Source of the DNA: a virus
Lineage: Duplodnaviria; Caudoviricetes
Direction: 5' to 3' (one strand)
Virus record (IMG/VR): IMGVR_UViG_3300016265_001151
Span: 1-25,718 of that record
Length of the DNA: 25,718 nt
Position numbers and translations under genes: made by a program
The notes under the pieces: model-generated
Told to the model about the DNA's origin: nothing
The model's database searches: none
Seen by the model: the letters and a program-made list of their open reading frames with translations, nothing else
Part shown: positions 1 to 8,905 of the stretch, in pieces
Numbering within the stretch: the first letter of the stretch is position 1
Layout: each line of letters begins with the position of its first letter

Positions 1-749
1 TGGCCAAATGTTGTGCCGGCGCTATTATCTAGGCCGTGATAAAAAATGCCTCCAGCATTAACTGCTTGAATTAACGCAGAGCTTGTTCCTTGGCTTGACT
101 GACTAATCGTGCCATTTACTTCCAATCTGTAACTGGGCGCTCCCGTAGCGACCCCAACATTCCCACTCGCATCCACAAACAACCTGCCAGACCCACCAGT
201 GCTGATGGCTACTTGGTCTGCACCAGGGGAGTAAATGCCGGTGTTCGTGTCGCCGGTGAATGTAATTGTGGGTGCGCCAGCAGATCCAAGTGGGTACTGC
301 GCAATGCTGTCGAATGTTGCGGTACTGGTTACATCAAGGGTGCCAGGCACGTCAACGTTGCTGGTCCACTCGACTCCAGTGCCGGCGGCGTCGGTTTGGA
401 TCAGCTGGCGGGCAGCACCGTCTTGCAGTTTGGAAACAGGCAGTTCGTCGGCAACGACGCCGATCCAAGTGCTGCCGTTCCATACTTTCATCTGAGCAGG
501 GCTGACACTGGTGTCAAGCCACTGTTCGCCGAGGTAGTTGCCGGAACTGCCGCCAGCAGCTGGGACAGAGTTGGGCGCTGTGGTGCCTACGTGGACAGGG
601 CCGACCTTGACGATGCCAGTACCAGCAGAGTCTTTGAAGAAAAGACCAGGACTTGCGGTGTTGGTGTTGATTGCAATGCGCCCATCAGCCAAGCTGGTAG
701 TGGGGCGCTTATTTGCGGTGCTGCTACGGAGATGCTGCCAGGTAGCCAT
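1..749 (-). CDS. Tail fibre protein, N-terminal part (runs off the left edge; absent from ORF track)
   Basis: Manual translation from ATG at 749 is open to the window edge: MATWQHLRSSTANKRPTTSLADGRIAINTNTASPGLFFKDSAG...GEQWLDTS...GSAGAPTITFTGDTNTGIYSPGADQVAISTGGSGRLFVDASGNVGV. These are typical fibre shaft motifs. SD-like GAGGGGAG lies just upstream. Confidence 0.85.
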   Translation of the reverse strand, partial: MATWQHLRSSTANKRPTTSLADGRIAINTNTASPGLFFKDSAGTGIVKVGPVHVGTTAPNSVPAAGGSSGNYLGEQWLDTSVSPAQMKVWNGSTWIGVVADELPVSKLQDGAARQLIQTDAAGTGVEWTSNVDVPGTLDVTSTATFDSIAQYPLGSAGAPTITFTGDTNTGIYSPGADQVAISTGGSGRLFVDASGNVGVATGAPSYRLEVNGTISQSSQGTSSALIQAVNAGGIFYHGLDNSAGTTFG

Positions 750-793
750 GCCTTAACTCCCCTCTGGGACGGCGTTACTTAGGCAGTCTACTA

Positions 794-952
794 CTAATAC
801 TCACCCTCATCAATCACAATGTCGTATTCGTCGAAGATTTCGGGCAGTGTTTTGTACTGCAGGTAGTAGTCAACATTGCTGACTTTGATCAGCATTTCGC
901 CTTCGACGCCGCCGCGCGGAAGGTACTCGCCGTTGTAATTGAAACTCGACAT
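794..952 (-). CDS. Small acidic 52-aa fibre-associated protein (absent from ORF track)
   Basis: ATG overlaps the upstream stop (TGATG). Translates to MSSFNYNGEYLPRGGVEGEMLIKVSNVDYYLQYKTLPEIFDEYDIVIDEGEY; its C-terminus echoes the DEGTY end of the upstream gene. Confidence 0.75.
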   Translation of the reverse strand: MSSFNYNGEYLPRGGVEGEMLIKVSNVDYYLQYKTLPEIFDEYDIVIDEGEY

Positions 953-2622
953 CAGTAGGTGCCTTCATCGACCACCCCAACTGTCATTGCTCCAACGCTA
1001 TCTACGGCGATCTCTGTAGTTTCACGCACAATTCCAGAAACTGACACTGTCGCAACCTGCACCCGGCCCCACAGTGTGGTCAACGCAGCTTCAGCGTCTG
1101 CCACGCCACTCATGGCCGGTGTTAAGGCAGCACCATTAAAGGTGACGTCGCCAGCGTCGATCACGCTGATGCCGGCGCCAACGATGTTGACGTGAGTCCA
1201 CGTCGTACCAGAGCCAGGACTCAGAATCCAGTCACCAACATCTAGTGAAACTGCAGGAACCGGCGCGATACCAGTGCCTGCTGTTGTGACCAGCAGATAA
1301 AGACCAGAACTTGCGGCGGTTGGGGCAACAAGAGCTGAACCAACGATTAGACCTGCCGATGCGCCATAGGTATTGAGGCTGGCGATCGTGTTGGTGTTGG
1401 CGTTGTAGGTGCCGCCAAAGCGTAGGTTGGCTTGGGCGCCGAACTCATTGTTGAGGGGAAGGTAGTAGCCCTGCGCTGGGGAAACTTGACCAACCCAGAC
1501 GTAAGCGGTGCGGTCAGTGGGATTGATCCAGAGCTGGCCCGCGAACTCAGGAACTGGCTGGCTGCTGCCGACTTGCGCGATACCGTAGTCGGCAAGTTGT
1601 TCTGCGGTGACGCTATTTGCAGCAAGCCTGGCTGAGGGAAACGTACCAGTTGTGATCTTGCTGGCGTCAAGCTCGGGAATGTCAGTCGCCGATAGCGCCA
1701 GTGCGGCAACAATGTGGCCTTGCCCGTCGTAGGTGACTTTGGCGGCGCTGGCCGGTGTGATTGAGTTGCTGTGGTTGAGTGCTCCAGCACCGTCAACACC
1801 AAGGCCGGAGCCGGGTTTGACTACACCGATGCTGCTGGCCGTAGCGACTGGGACGTCAGCCGCGATGATTTGGCGACCGCCAGTGACAAGACCTTTGGCG
1901 TTGTACTGAACGACGTGATAATTGCTGGCTTCGGCAGTGACCGTGTTGTTAATGACGACAGTGTCGCCGCTCATCGTCAGGCCGTTGCCGTTGACGACGA
2001 CAGCGCCTTTGGCACCGGCGGTTGCTGTTGGAAGATCACCTGCTGCAATCGTGCGGTAAGCAACTGCGCCAGCACCAGCAGTTGGGCCGGCTAGAAATTG
2101 GGCGGCGGCACTGGTGTTGTCCAGTGTCGTGTTAATCGTTACGCTGTCACCACTTGTGGTCACTGTGACGTTGACAACGCCAGTCGTGCCACCGATAACA
2201 GTATTAATTGAGCCTGCGGCTTTGATGCTGACCCAACTTGTTCCATCCCAGCAATAGATCTTGCTGTCGTCTGTATCAAGGGCGATTTGACCAACGAAAG
2301 CACCACTGGCAGGCAGCGTGGTTACAAGGTCAACGCTGGATTCGTTGGCCAGCTTTGCTGCGGTAACAGCATCGTTGGCAAGCTGGGCTTCCCCAACGGC
2401 GCTATTGACAAGGACAGACCCAGCAATTTGCTGCGATCCAAAAAGGATCTTGGCGCCCGGAATGGTGGCGTCGGCAATTAATGTGACTGCTTTGCCAGTA
2501 AAGTCGGTAACGGTAATTTTCTTGGTTTCACTGGCGCTGATATCAGCGACTGCCAGAAAGTCACCTGCAGCCAGGTCACCGCTGGAGAGCGCTGCTAATT
2601 CGGTGATCCTGAGGTCTGCCAT
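952..2622 (-). CDS. Tail fibre / side-fibre protein (556 aa)
   Basis: Ala/Gly/Thr/Ser-rich with fibre repeats (AVTAAKLA, SVTAEQLA; LPTATAGAKGAV, VPVATASSIGVV; VQYNAKGLVTG, VTYDGQGHIVA; DIPELDASKITTG). Lies downstream of the tail-tip genes. Confidence 0.8.
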   Translation of the reverse strand: MADLRITELAALSSGDLAAGDFLAVADISASETKKITVTDFTGKAVTLIADATIPGAKILFGSQQIAGSVLVNSAVGEAQLANDAVTAAKLANESSVDLVTTLPASGAFVGQIALDTDDSKIYCWDGTSWVSIKAAGSINTVIGGTTGVVNVTVTTSGDSVTINTTLDNTSAAAQFLAGPTAGAGAVAYRTIAAGDLPTATAGAKGAVVVNGNGLTMSGDTVVINNTVTAEASNYHVVQYNAKGLVTGGRQIIAADVPVATASSIGVVKPGSGLGVDGAGALNHSNSITPASAAKVTYDGQGHIVAALALSATDIPELDASKITTGTFPSARLAANSVTAEQLADYGIAQVGSSQPVPEFAGQLWINPTDRTAYVWVGQVSPAQGYYLPLNNEFGAQANLRFGGTYNANTNTIASLNTYGASAGLIVGSALVAPTAASSGLYLLVTTAGTGIAPVPAVSLDVGDWILSPGSGTTWTHVNIVGAGISVIDAGDVTFNGAALTPAMSGVADAEAALTTLWGRVQVATVSVSGIVRETTEIAVDSVGAMTVGVVDEGTY

Positions 2623-2674
2623 GGTGATGTGCGGCTATAAGTGCTGGTAGGCATGGCCTGACACCAGTTTAGTG

Positions 2675-3571
2675 TCAGTCGGATTGCTCCAAAAGCAAGA
2701 ATGACGTGCCATCTTGCTCAAGCTTGAATTTGCCTCCAGACTCTTGGAGCAGGTATTCGGTTGTGCGAGTTTTGGCGCGCAGCCTGATAGGGCCAGTTGC
2801 AACGAAATCAACAGAACTGACGATGATGTTGCCCGATGCAAAGCTGGTGGCACTAGAGGTGATCAATCCATCGAATTCCCACCACAACGCATCATTGATT
2901 TGGGCCGAATCAAACGAACCCCCTGATGCGCGTGTACCGGCTGATTTAATGAAAAATTTTGCATGAAATGATGAGCCAACTTCTGTGCGCAATACAAGCT
3001 GCATTAGATAGTTGACCGGCTCTGTATTGCCTTCTTTTACGTAATCCCATTGCGCAGTCAGGCGTCCGCTGCCCGTGATCAGGCTGCTGTATTGCTGCCT
3101 GTATTCATCGCTTAATGCTGTGATATCAACAGTTTCTCTCGCTGTATTAATTTCATAATCAGACACACACCCAAGCAATCGCGCGTCACGGTCGCGCACC
3201 GTAACCCTGATTGGGATATTGCGATTAATTGCATTGAGAGCCACAAGGCCAGTGCTGGCACCTTCAAGGCTGTCGTCAAAGTTTGTGTACAAACGAATGC
3301 CGCCTAGTTCGTCAATAAATGCGTACCAGTTTCCGCTTGGCTGAACGATGTTATTCGCCCATCCACTTGCGGCAACAAAACTAAGATTGGTTCTATCTGT
3401 TGTGGCAATCTCAATCAGGTCGCCACTGATTAAATAACTGGGGTCGAAATCAAAACTAAAGCGATCGCGAGCAGCATTGACGTCTGACGGATTGACTACA
3501 GACTCTTTGCTGCCTTCAAGCGACAAGCGGGTCAGCTCGATATTGCCGACGTTACCGAGGTAGATACCCAT
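2675..3571 (-). CDS. Minor tail protein, tail-tube-like fold with an insertion and a C-terminal LLxE tail (298 aa)
   Basis: C-terminal half parallels the adjacent 141-aa protein (VSDYEINTARETVDITALSD vs VSSWTLTGSLEVLETTTLGE; SVDFVATG vs QISFQATG). 1-bp start/stop overlap at 3571. Confidence 0.65.
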   Translation of the reverse strand: MGIYLGNVGNIELTRLSLEGSKESVVNPSDVNAARDRFSFDFDPSYLISGDLIEIATTDRTNLSFVAASGWANNIVQPSGNWYAFIDELGGIRLYTNFDDSLEGASTGLVALNAINRNIPIRVTVRDRDARLLGCVSDYEINTARETVDITALSDEYRQQYSSLITGSGRLTAQWDYVKEGNTEPVNYLMQLVLRTEVGSSFHAKFFIKSAGTRASGGSFDSAQINDALWWEFDGLITSSATSFASGNIIVSSVDFVATGPIRLRAKTRTTEYLLQESGGKFKLEQDGTSFLLLEQSD

Positions 3572-3996
3572 TAGATCGTTACCGCTGTGAGTGCACCAGT
3601 GGCTTGGAAACTGATCTGCGCGGAACTGACTTCACCGACGCTGGCACCGAATGAAACACTGGTGATGTAGGCAACGAGTTGTACGTCGCTGTTTGTGTTT
3701 CCGTCTACTAGGCGGAGTCGCAGTGTCACAGTGTCGCTACTAGATACGCCGGAGACGCGCAGCACTTTTTTCAGTGCGGTAGCCGCATCGTTGCGACCGG
3801 TGTCGTCTTTGTAGTACAGCAGAGTGGCGCTGCCGTTGAATTCCTGGACGCCCGGCACGTAAGTGCGCTGTGATTCGCCAAGCGTGGTGGTTTCCAGGAC
3901 TTCGAGTGAGCCAGTCAGCGTCCAGCTGCTGACCTTGATTTGTTCGATGCCGTTAATCAGTAGGCGGCCATCACGTCCGGTATAAACCTTGGCCAT
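3571..3996 (-). CDS. Tail-tube-fold minor tail protein (141 aa)
   Basis: Size and motif order (YTGRDGRL...WTL...ETTTLG..RTYVPG..F.GS...ISFQATG) match siphovirus tail-tube-type beta sandwiches. 1-bp overlaps on both sides. Confidence 0.7.
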   Translation of the reverse strand: MAKVYTGRDGRLLINGIEQIKVSSWTLTGSLEVLETTTLGESQRTYVPGVQEFNGSATLLYYKDDTGRNDAATALKKVLRVSGVSSSDTVTLRLRLVDGNTNSDVQLVAYITSVSFGASVGEVSSAQISFQATGALTAVTI

Positions 3997-4370
3997 CAGA
4001 TCACCGCCACCAAGTTCACTGTAACGCTGCTACGCCCAGGTCTCACCGAACGCAGTTGCGGTTCAGCTTCGTAACGCCACTTGGTGCCGGGTGGTGCGTC
4101 CAAGGTCGCAGTGCTGCCGTTCCAGCCGTTACGTACAGCGGAGGGCAGAGTAAATGTACGTAATGTGCCGATATTTGAGGTGTAATCTTCAATAAATAGC
4201 TGCGCGTTTGCATCAGTCACATTTTCGTAACTGAGGTTAAGTTTGGCGTTGGTACGTTGGGAGCCGTACAGGATCCGTACCTCGGCGCCAGATTGAGAGC
4301 TGTAGTTTTTGATGGGCCACGCTCCAGGGCTGAATTCACGGCTGGTTGGCGTCAGTGTGGGGAAAGCCAT
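3996..4370 (-). CDS. Putative distal tail (Dit / lambda gpM-like) protein (124 aa)
   Basis: FPTLTP...SQSGAEVRILYG...LNLSYENV...FTLP...WRY pattern and size resemble gpM/Dit-like proteins. Translationally coupled to its neighbours. Confidence 0.55.
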   Translation of the reverse strand: MAFPTLTPTSREFSPGAWPIKNYSSQSGAEVRILYGSQRTNAKLNLSYENVTDANAQLFIEDYTSNIGTLRTFTLPSAVRNGWNGSTATLDAPPGTKWRYEAEPQLRSVRPGRSSVTVNLVAVI

Positions 4371-7300
4371 TATTCCAGTACGCGGAAATTTGCTTCGGTA
4401 AGCACGTCCTTAGCCACAATGCTAACGCCAGTGGAATCGACGGGTACTTCCACAGCGCTGACGTTGACGAGGCCGTCCTCGTCCAGCGTTAGTTGCTCTA
4501 CTTGGTAGACGGAGGCGTTGGTTTGCAGGCTCAGCAGGGTGAAAAGGCAGCCGCGTAGGGCAGACTCCGTGACAGCGTTGTTCTGGATCGTGATGCGTTG
4601 CTCGGTTACGGCGCCAGTGGTTGGATTATAAATAAGGGCGTCGTAACTGCCGCTGGCGATGGAGGTGACACTGACGAGTGTGCCAGCATCAGTGATTCCT
4701 CCGTTGTTGGTGGCGCTGTAGGTGGTGGCTTCTGTGATGACGCGGATGTACGAGCCGGGCTGGATGCCAAGGGCGTCGGGCACGGTCTTGAAGCTGACGG
4801 TGTGGGTGACGCGGCGGCGGATGCTCAGCAGGAAACGTGCGGTCCTTAGCGCTTGGGCGCGATTGGTGCAGAAATCGGTTAGGTCGAAAGCCTGCTGGGT
4901 GGTGGAGCGGCTGCCTTCGGGGATGTCAGCCCAGTCGACCAAGGCAGAAGCTTGCGTGGGTAGGTCGTTCTCGACGGTGACGCGCCACGTGACCAAGGCG
5001 CGGAAGTTGGCACGCTGCGCAGCGTCGATGTACTGGACCTGCAGGCTGTCTTGGATGATGTTGCCCGAGGTAAAGATCTGCTCGATGGCAATGGGCGTGG
5101 TGCTGATCTGGTAGCTGCTGTCGTAGGGCAGCGCCGGCATCATGCCGAAACGGCCGTTCTTGATGGTGAAATTGCAGAGCTGAAGCGCTGCGTTGTCGTA
5201 AAGGAAGGAGCGCAAGCTGTCGCTGTCCTCCACTACGCCATCAAAGAAGATTTTGTTAGCGCGTAGGTATTGGGCAGTTGTCGTGAGTGACTCGACGTCG
5301 ATCAGTTCTGTGGGTACGACGTTGCCAACGCCTTGGCTCTTGCTGGTCAGCAAGTAGTAGACGAGGTCAGCGAAGAGGTTGCTGGGCTTGTTGTCCTGCT
5401 CGATCAGGCGATAAACGTTGATGCCGGTAGGGACCCAGGCACGGATTTGACCGATACCGCCGAGTTGACCACTGGATTTGACGGTGAATCCCAGCGTGGA
5501 CATGCCGTAATACTCAGCAAGAGTTTCGTTGGATATACATTCGTTGACGTAAACGATTTGATGTTCTGGACCGCTTTCATTGGATTTGGTTAGTTCCAGG
5601 TAGTGGCTGCAGTCTGAGACTTGCGAGTTTTCCTCGAAGACGCGCTCGGTACTACTAACGGTAGAGGTATTGACTGTTGATACAGCCTGAACTGCTGTAA
5701 CAGCAAAGGCAACGTTGACTACGGAGTAACCGCCTACGCGGGAAAAGTCATTGTTTACTGGGATGACGACAGTAAAGGCATGAGAAGTGTTCCACGTACC
5801 GTTTGCGGAAATGACGTTGTACGAAACATTTGTCCACTGGTAAGGATTTCCGCGGTTTGCGTTTAGATAGACCTGACCGATGGTTACACCCAGCGTTCCA
5901 GGCACAGATGTGGCGTTTACATTAAATACGATTTGGCCTACGCCTGGTTTATCAAAAGTAATGGTGGCACTACGCACTTGGCCAGGGTAATTACGTGCAT
6001 ACCCCAACTTTTCGGTAAGCCAAGCATTGACAACTTGCTGGATGCTGCCGTTGTTCGAGCTTTGGTCGTACTGTGATAAGGCTGTAGGAAGTGTGGTCTG
6101 TGTTGTGGTTACACTGCTGGCCTTTTGTGGGTCAGTAACTAGTTCGTCGTTTAGGCGAATATCGGCGATAGATACGACATCGCCATTAGTTGTGATGCGA
6201 AAAGCACCGTAATCTGTAGAAAAGTCTTGTCCATATTCAGCGCCAGTGTTTGCATTAAGACGGATAACTTGATTTGTGTCGATGCTGTTAATCGCGATGT
6301 CAGATCCAGTGCGAGGGATAAAGCGGTATTCGTAATAACCAATTTGGCCAGGACGGATTCGAATGTAGTTGTATTGGTCAACTGGTGCGTTGCCCGTTAC
6401 GCAAAAGACTTGTGGGATGCGTCTCCAAGGCTGTTGCGCTTGGCCATAAACTTGGACTGGGCGTACCCAAATGGAGAAGCAAGATGTGCGCTCGAAGTAT
6501 TTATCCATTCGAGGCGTCGTAAGCGTGACGTCCTGCTTATCGAGTTGGTGAAGTTTGAAAGGTGTTGGGATTGCGTTGAAGTTGCAGAGACCGTTGGCTC
6601 GGTTCCAGACTTGGCTGCGCAATCCGATCTCGATGACTTGGGCATCACGCCGCACAGGGCGGATGCTTGCCATGTGCAGACGGCAGATGTTGAAGAAAGC
6701 TGCGCCGCAATGTTTGTTGAGGTTGAAGACGCTGCCTTCGTAGCCACCAAGGGGTTCGCGTACTGTGCGCGTTCCGGGGATACCTACTGTGGCTACACCT
6801 GTAATTGCAGTACAGCGAAAAGTAATCTGCTGGGTAATGCCCTTTTTCCACGTGTCCGGGCTTCTGTTTTCTACGACCCAGACGGAAGAGCCGATAATCC
6901 ACTTGGAGCCGACCGCTAACAAGTCTGATGCACGGGCTCGCCAAGAATCAGCGGAAGCTTTCAGATCTTTGACATTGACTTCAGTGTCTTTGAAGTCGGA
7001 TTGATTGAATTCAAGCCAGTTAGTACCGTTTATTTCAAAGACAAGTGTGTCGTTTTCTGATACCGGCACAATGGTACGGTTGTCGTAAGTTGTGCCGTTG
7101 TGGCTGATGAAGCCCATGCGGCGAGAGTAGGCGCGACCCACGCCGGGCATTCCGACTTTAGGAATGTCTTCTTTTGGTTGGTCGGTGTAGCGATGCAGTA
7201 CGTCAGCATCGGAACCAGCAATTTTGCGGCGGCGTGCTTGGGTTTCGGCGCGTGCTTCTTTGTTATCGGGGCCTTCTGTTGATGCATAGGGCGCCGAGAT

Positions 7301-8221
7301 GATTTCCCAGTTGAAGCGGAAAGCTGTTCCGTTGTGGATTGGCTCGGCTGTTCCAAACGAGGTATCTGCTTGCGGGCTGTATGCCATGGAAAATCCTTGG
7401 CTAAACTGCCCGTCTTCGGTTGGGGCGGTGAAAATTTGGCGTCCCATAGTGCCTGTGGCACCAGGACCATCGGTTCCAGCGATACGCCGAGCAGTTGTTG
7501 GGCGGTTTTCGCCGAGTTGTGAGGACCAATAGACGGCAAAGTCGCGATTGCCGAGGCTGTTAAGAGCTGTGGTACCAACGCGGATGCCGCCGAGTTCGGG
7601 CGCGGCTATGCCGTATTCGCCAGCAACGTAAATACCTTCAAAGGCTTGGTAGCTGCCGTAGCTGTACAGGCGGCTCCACACCAATGCTGGAGCGAGGATC
7701 AGGCCGCCAGTCAGAGCGCCGTCAGCGCCAGTGCCTCGCTTGCCGAAAGGAATAGGAATTGGCTGGCCGTACTCGGCAAGGCTGCTGATGTTGTCGAAGC
7801 TAGTGGTTTGGTTGAAGCGAGTAGGACCGATCTGGTCCGCCAGCTTTTTACCGCGAATTTTGGCGGGTGTTTCTAGCGCTGGTGCTTTTGGTGCCAGCAA
7901 AATGCTGACGGCCGTTAGCGCCAAGCCAATGGCAACATTTACGGCAATAGTTGTCGCAACTGATTTTGCACCGGCGGCTGCAGCGACAACGACTGGAACC
8001 ATCGCTGCATAGATTTCGGGGATATTTTCGTATTCAGCAGGGCGCACATATGCGCGTTGTGCTGCATATCGAGCAAAGGTTTTATATTCTTCTTCGCTAC
8101 AGCCAAGCGCTTCAATTAGCGCGATTTCATACGGTAGGAGCGGCGGATCGTAAAGCTTGCCACCGGTTTCCAGTCCACTGCGGAAATCAAGTTGTTTATG
8201 AACAGGATGCCACTCTGCCAT
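4370..8221 (-). CDS. Tail tip / central hub protein, gpJ-like with a gpI-like hydrophobic N-terminal segment (1283 aa)
   Basis: Large ORF after the TMP, gpL-like and gpK-like genes. Hydrophobic stretch VAIGLALTAVSILLAPK followed by YGQPIPIPFG; C-terminal SNLFADLVYYLL...FFDGVV...IQPGSYIRV...YQVEQL...VSAVE typical of hub proteins. ATG at 8221 has GGAG upstream. Confidence 0.8.
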   Translation of the reverse strand: MAEWHPVHKQLDFRSGLETGGKLYDPPLLPYEIALIEALGCSEEEYKTFARYAAQRAYVRPAEYENIPEIYAAMVPVVVAAAAGAKSVATTIAVNVAIGLALTAVSILLAPKAPALETPAKIRGKKLADQIGPTRFNQTTSFDNISSLAEYGQPIPIPFGKRGTGADGALTGGLILAPALVWSRLYSYGSYQAFEGIYVAGEYGIAAPELGGIRVGTTALNSLGNRDFAVYWSSQLGENRPTTARRIAGTDGPGATGTMGRQIFTAPTEDGQFSQGFSMAYSPQADTSFGTAEPIHNGTAFRFNWEIISAPYASTEGPDNKEARAETQARRRKIAGSDADVLHRYTDQPKEDIPKVGMPGVGRAYSRRMGFISHNGTTYDNRTIVPVSENDTLVFEINGTNWLEFNQSDFKDTEVNVKDLKASADSWRARASDLLAVGSKWIIGSSVWVVENRSPDTWKKGITQQITFRCTAITGVATVGIPGTRTVREPLGGYEGSVFNLNKHCGAAFFNICRLHMASIRPVRRDAQVIEIGLRSQVWNRANGLCNFNAIPTPFKLHQLDKQDVTLTTPRMDKYFERTSCFSIWVRPVQVYGQAQQPWRRIPQVFCVTGNAPVDQYNYIRIRPGQIGYYEYRFIPRTGSDIAINSIDTNQVIRLNANTGAEYGQDFSTDYGAFRITTNGDVVSIADIRLNDELVTDPQKASSVTTTQTTLPTALSQYDQSSNNGSIQQVVNAWLTEKLGYARNYPGQVRSATITFDKPGVGQIVFNVNATSVPGTLGVTIGQVYLNANRGNPYQWTNVSYNVISANGTWNTSHAFTVVIPVNNDFSRVGGYSVVNVAFAVTAVQAVSTVNTSTVSSTERVFEENSQVSDCSHYLELTKSNESGPEHQIVYVNECISNETLAEYYGMSTLGFTVKSSGQLGGIGQIRAWVPTGINVYRLIEQDNKPSNLFADLVYYLLTSKSQGVGNVVPTELIDVESLTTTAQYLRANKIFFDGVVEDSDSLRSFLYDNAALQLCNFTIKNGRFGMMPALPYDSSYQISTTPIAIEQIFTSGNIIQDSLQVQYIDAAQRANFRALVTWRVTVENDLPTQASALVDWADIPEGSRSTTQQAFDLTDFCTNRAQALRTARFLLSIRRRVTHTVSFKTVPDALGIQPGSYIRVITEATTYSATNNGGITDAGTLVSVTSIASGSYDALIYNPTTGAVTEQRITIQNNAVTESALRGCLFTLLSLQTNASVYQVEQLTLDEDGLVNVSAVEVPVDSTGVSIVAKDVLTEANFRVLE

Positions 8222-8460
8222 TGGACTCCGAATTCAGGTGGCTTGGCGCCGAACAGAATGATGTCACCATCGTAGGCGGGCGCGTCTAAGGTGTCGCAGT
8301 ACAGCGCCAGTTCACGCAGGATGCCGCGTGGACTAAGGGTGTACCAAGCGTCGGCAACTTCGGGCGGATTTTTGCCTAAAGCCTTGAGGGAATCGACAAC
8401 AAGGTGGATGCAATCGTCTCCGCCGTACTCGTAGCGGCGACCGATTAGATGCTCACACAC
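8116..8460 (-). CDS. NlpC/P60-like tail assembly protein (gpK-like), probably degenerate
   Basis: LIGRRYEYGGDDCIHLV start and GDIILF motif match NlpC/P60; position between gpL-like and gpJ-like genes. The expected catalytic His is absent (PEFGV). Confidence 0.7.
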   Translation of the reverse strand: MCEHLIGRRYEYGGDDCIHLVVDSLKALGKNPPEVADAWYTLSPRGILRELALYCDTLDAPAYDGDIILFGAKPPEFGVQWQSGILFINNLISAVDWKPVASFTIRRSYRMKSR

Positions 8461-8905
8461 TGATTTGAGCTGTGAACGGGATGCTGCCGACTTGCCAGCG
8501 ATGTAGGCGGCGGCCGGGGATGTTGGACTGCACAGCGTCGAGTACCGAGTTCAAGCTGACTTGAATGTTGACCTCGTCCCAGCCGCCGCTTGAACAGGTG
8601 CCCCAGTAGTTGTAAAGGGTGCGCTGGACTGCTCCAGTGGAGGGTTCCCAGAGCACCGTGGTGACCTTGGCAACCCATAGGTTATCGAGTGCCTCGACAA
8701 TCCACGCGCGGGTCATTTCAATGTTTGCAAATTGAATTGTTGCGTCGAGGTTGTCGCCTTGGAGGGTGGCTACTGCGCCACCGAAGCTGAACGGCAGAAA
8801 CAGGTAGCCGTCAACGTTTTGGTTGATGGCGTAGTTCTGGAAGCGGTACTGGGCGGCTTGGCCGCTGGGTCCGATGTCGAGTAGGTGGCCGTAGGCGTAT
8901 TCCAT
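8453..8905 (-). CDS. Minor tail tip protein (lambda gpL-like position, 150 aa)
   Basis: Directly after the TMP with a TGATG overlap; YLFLPFSF...ATIQFAN...LNSVLDAV..NIPGR pattern. Confidence 0.6.
   Translation of the reverse strand: MEYAYGHLLDIGPSGQAAQYRFQNYAINQNVDGYLFLPFSFGGAVATLQGDNLDATIQFANIEMTRAWIVEALDNLWVAKVTTVLWEPSTGAVQRTLYNYWGTCSSGGWDEVNIQVSLNSVLDAVQSNIPGRRLHRWQVGSIPFTAQISV

Noticed and set aside
788-796. Triple TAG as a sign of stop-codon recoding or read-through
   Set aside because: All long genes are intact under the standard code and TAG also terminates the tail terminator gene. The run is explained by overlap with the TAGACT element.
2635-2853. 72-aa minus-strand ORF with a lipoprotein-like LALSGC motif (possible o-spanin)
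   Set aside because: Embedded out of frame in the 3' end of a tail gene, with no holin, endolysin or i-spanin nearby; probably coincidental.
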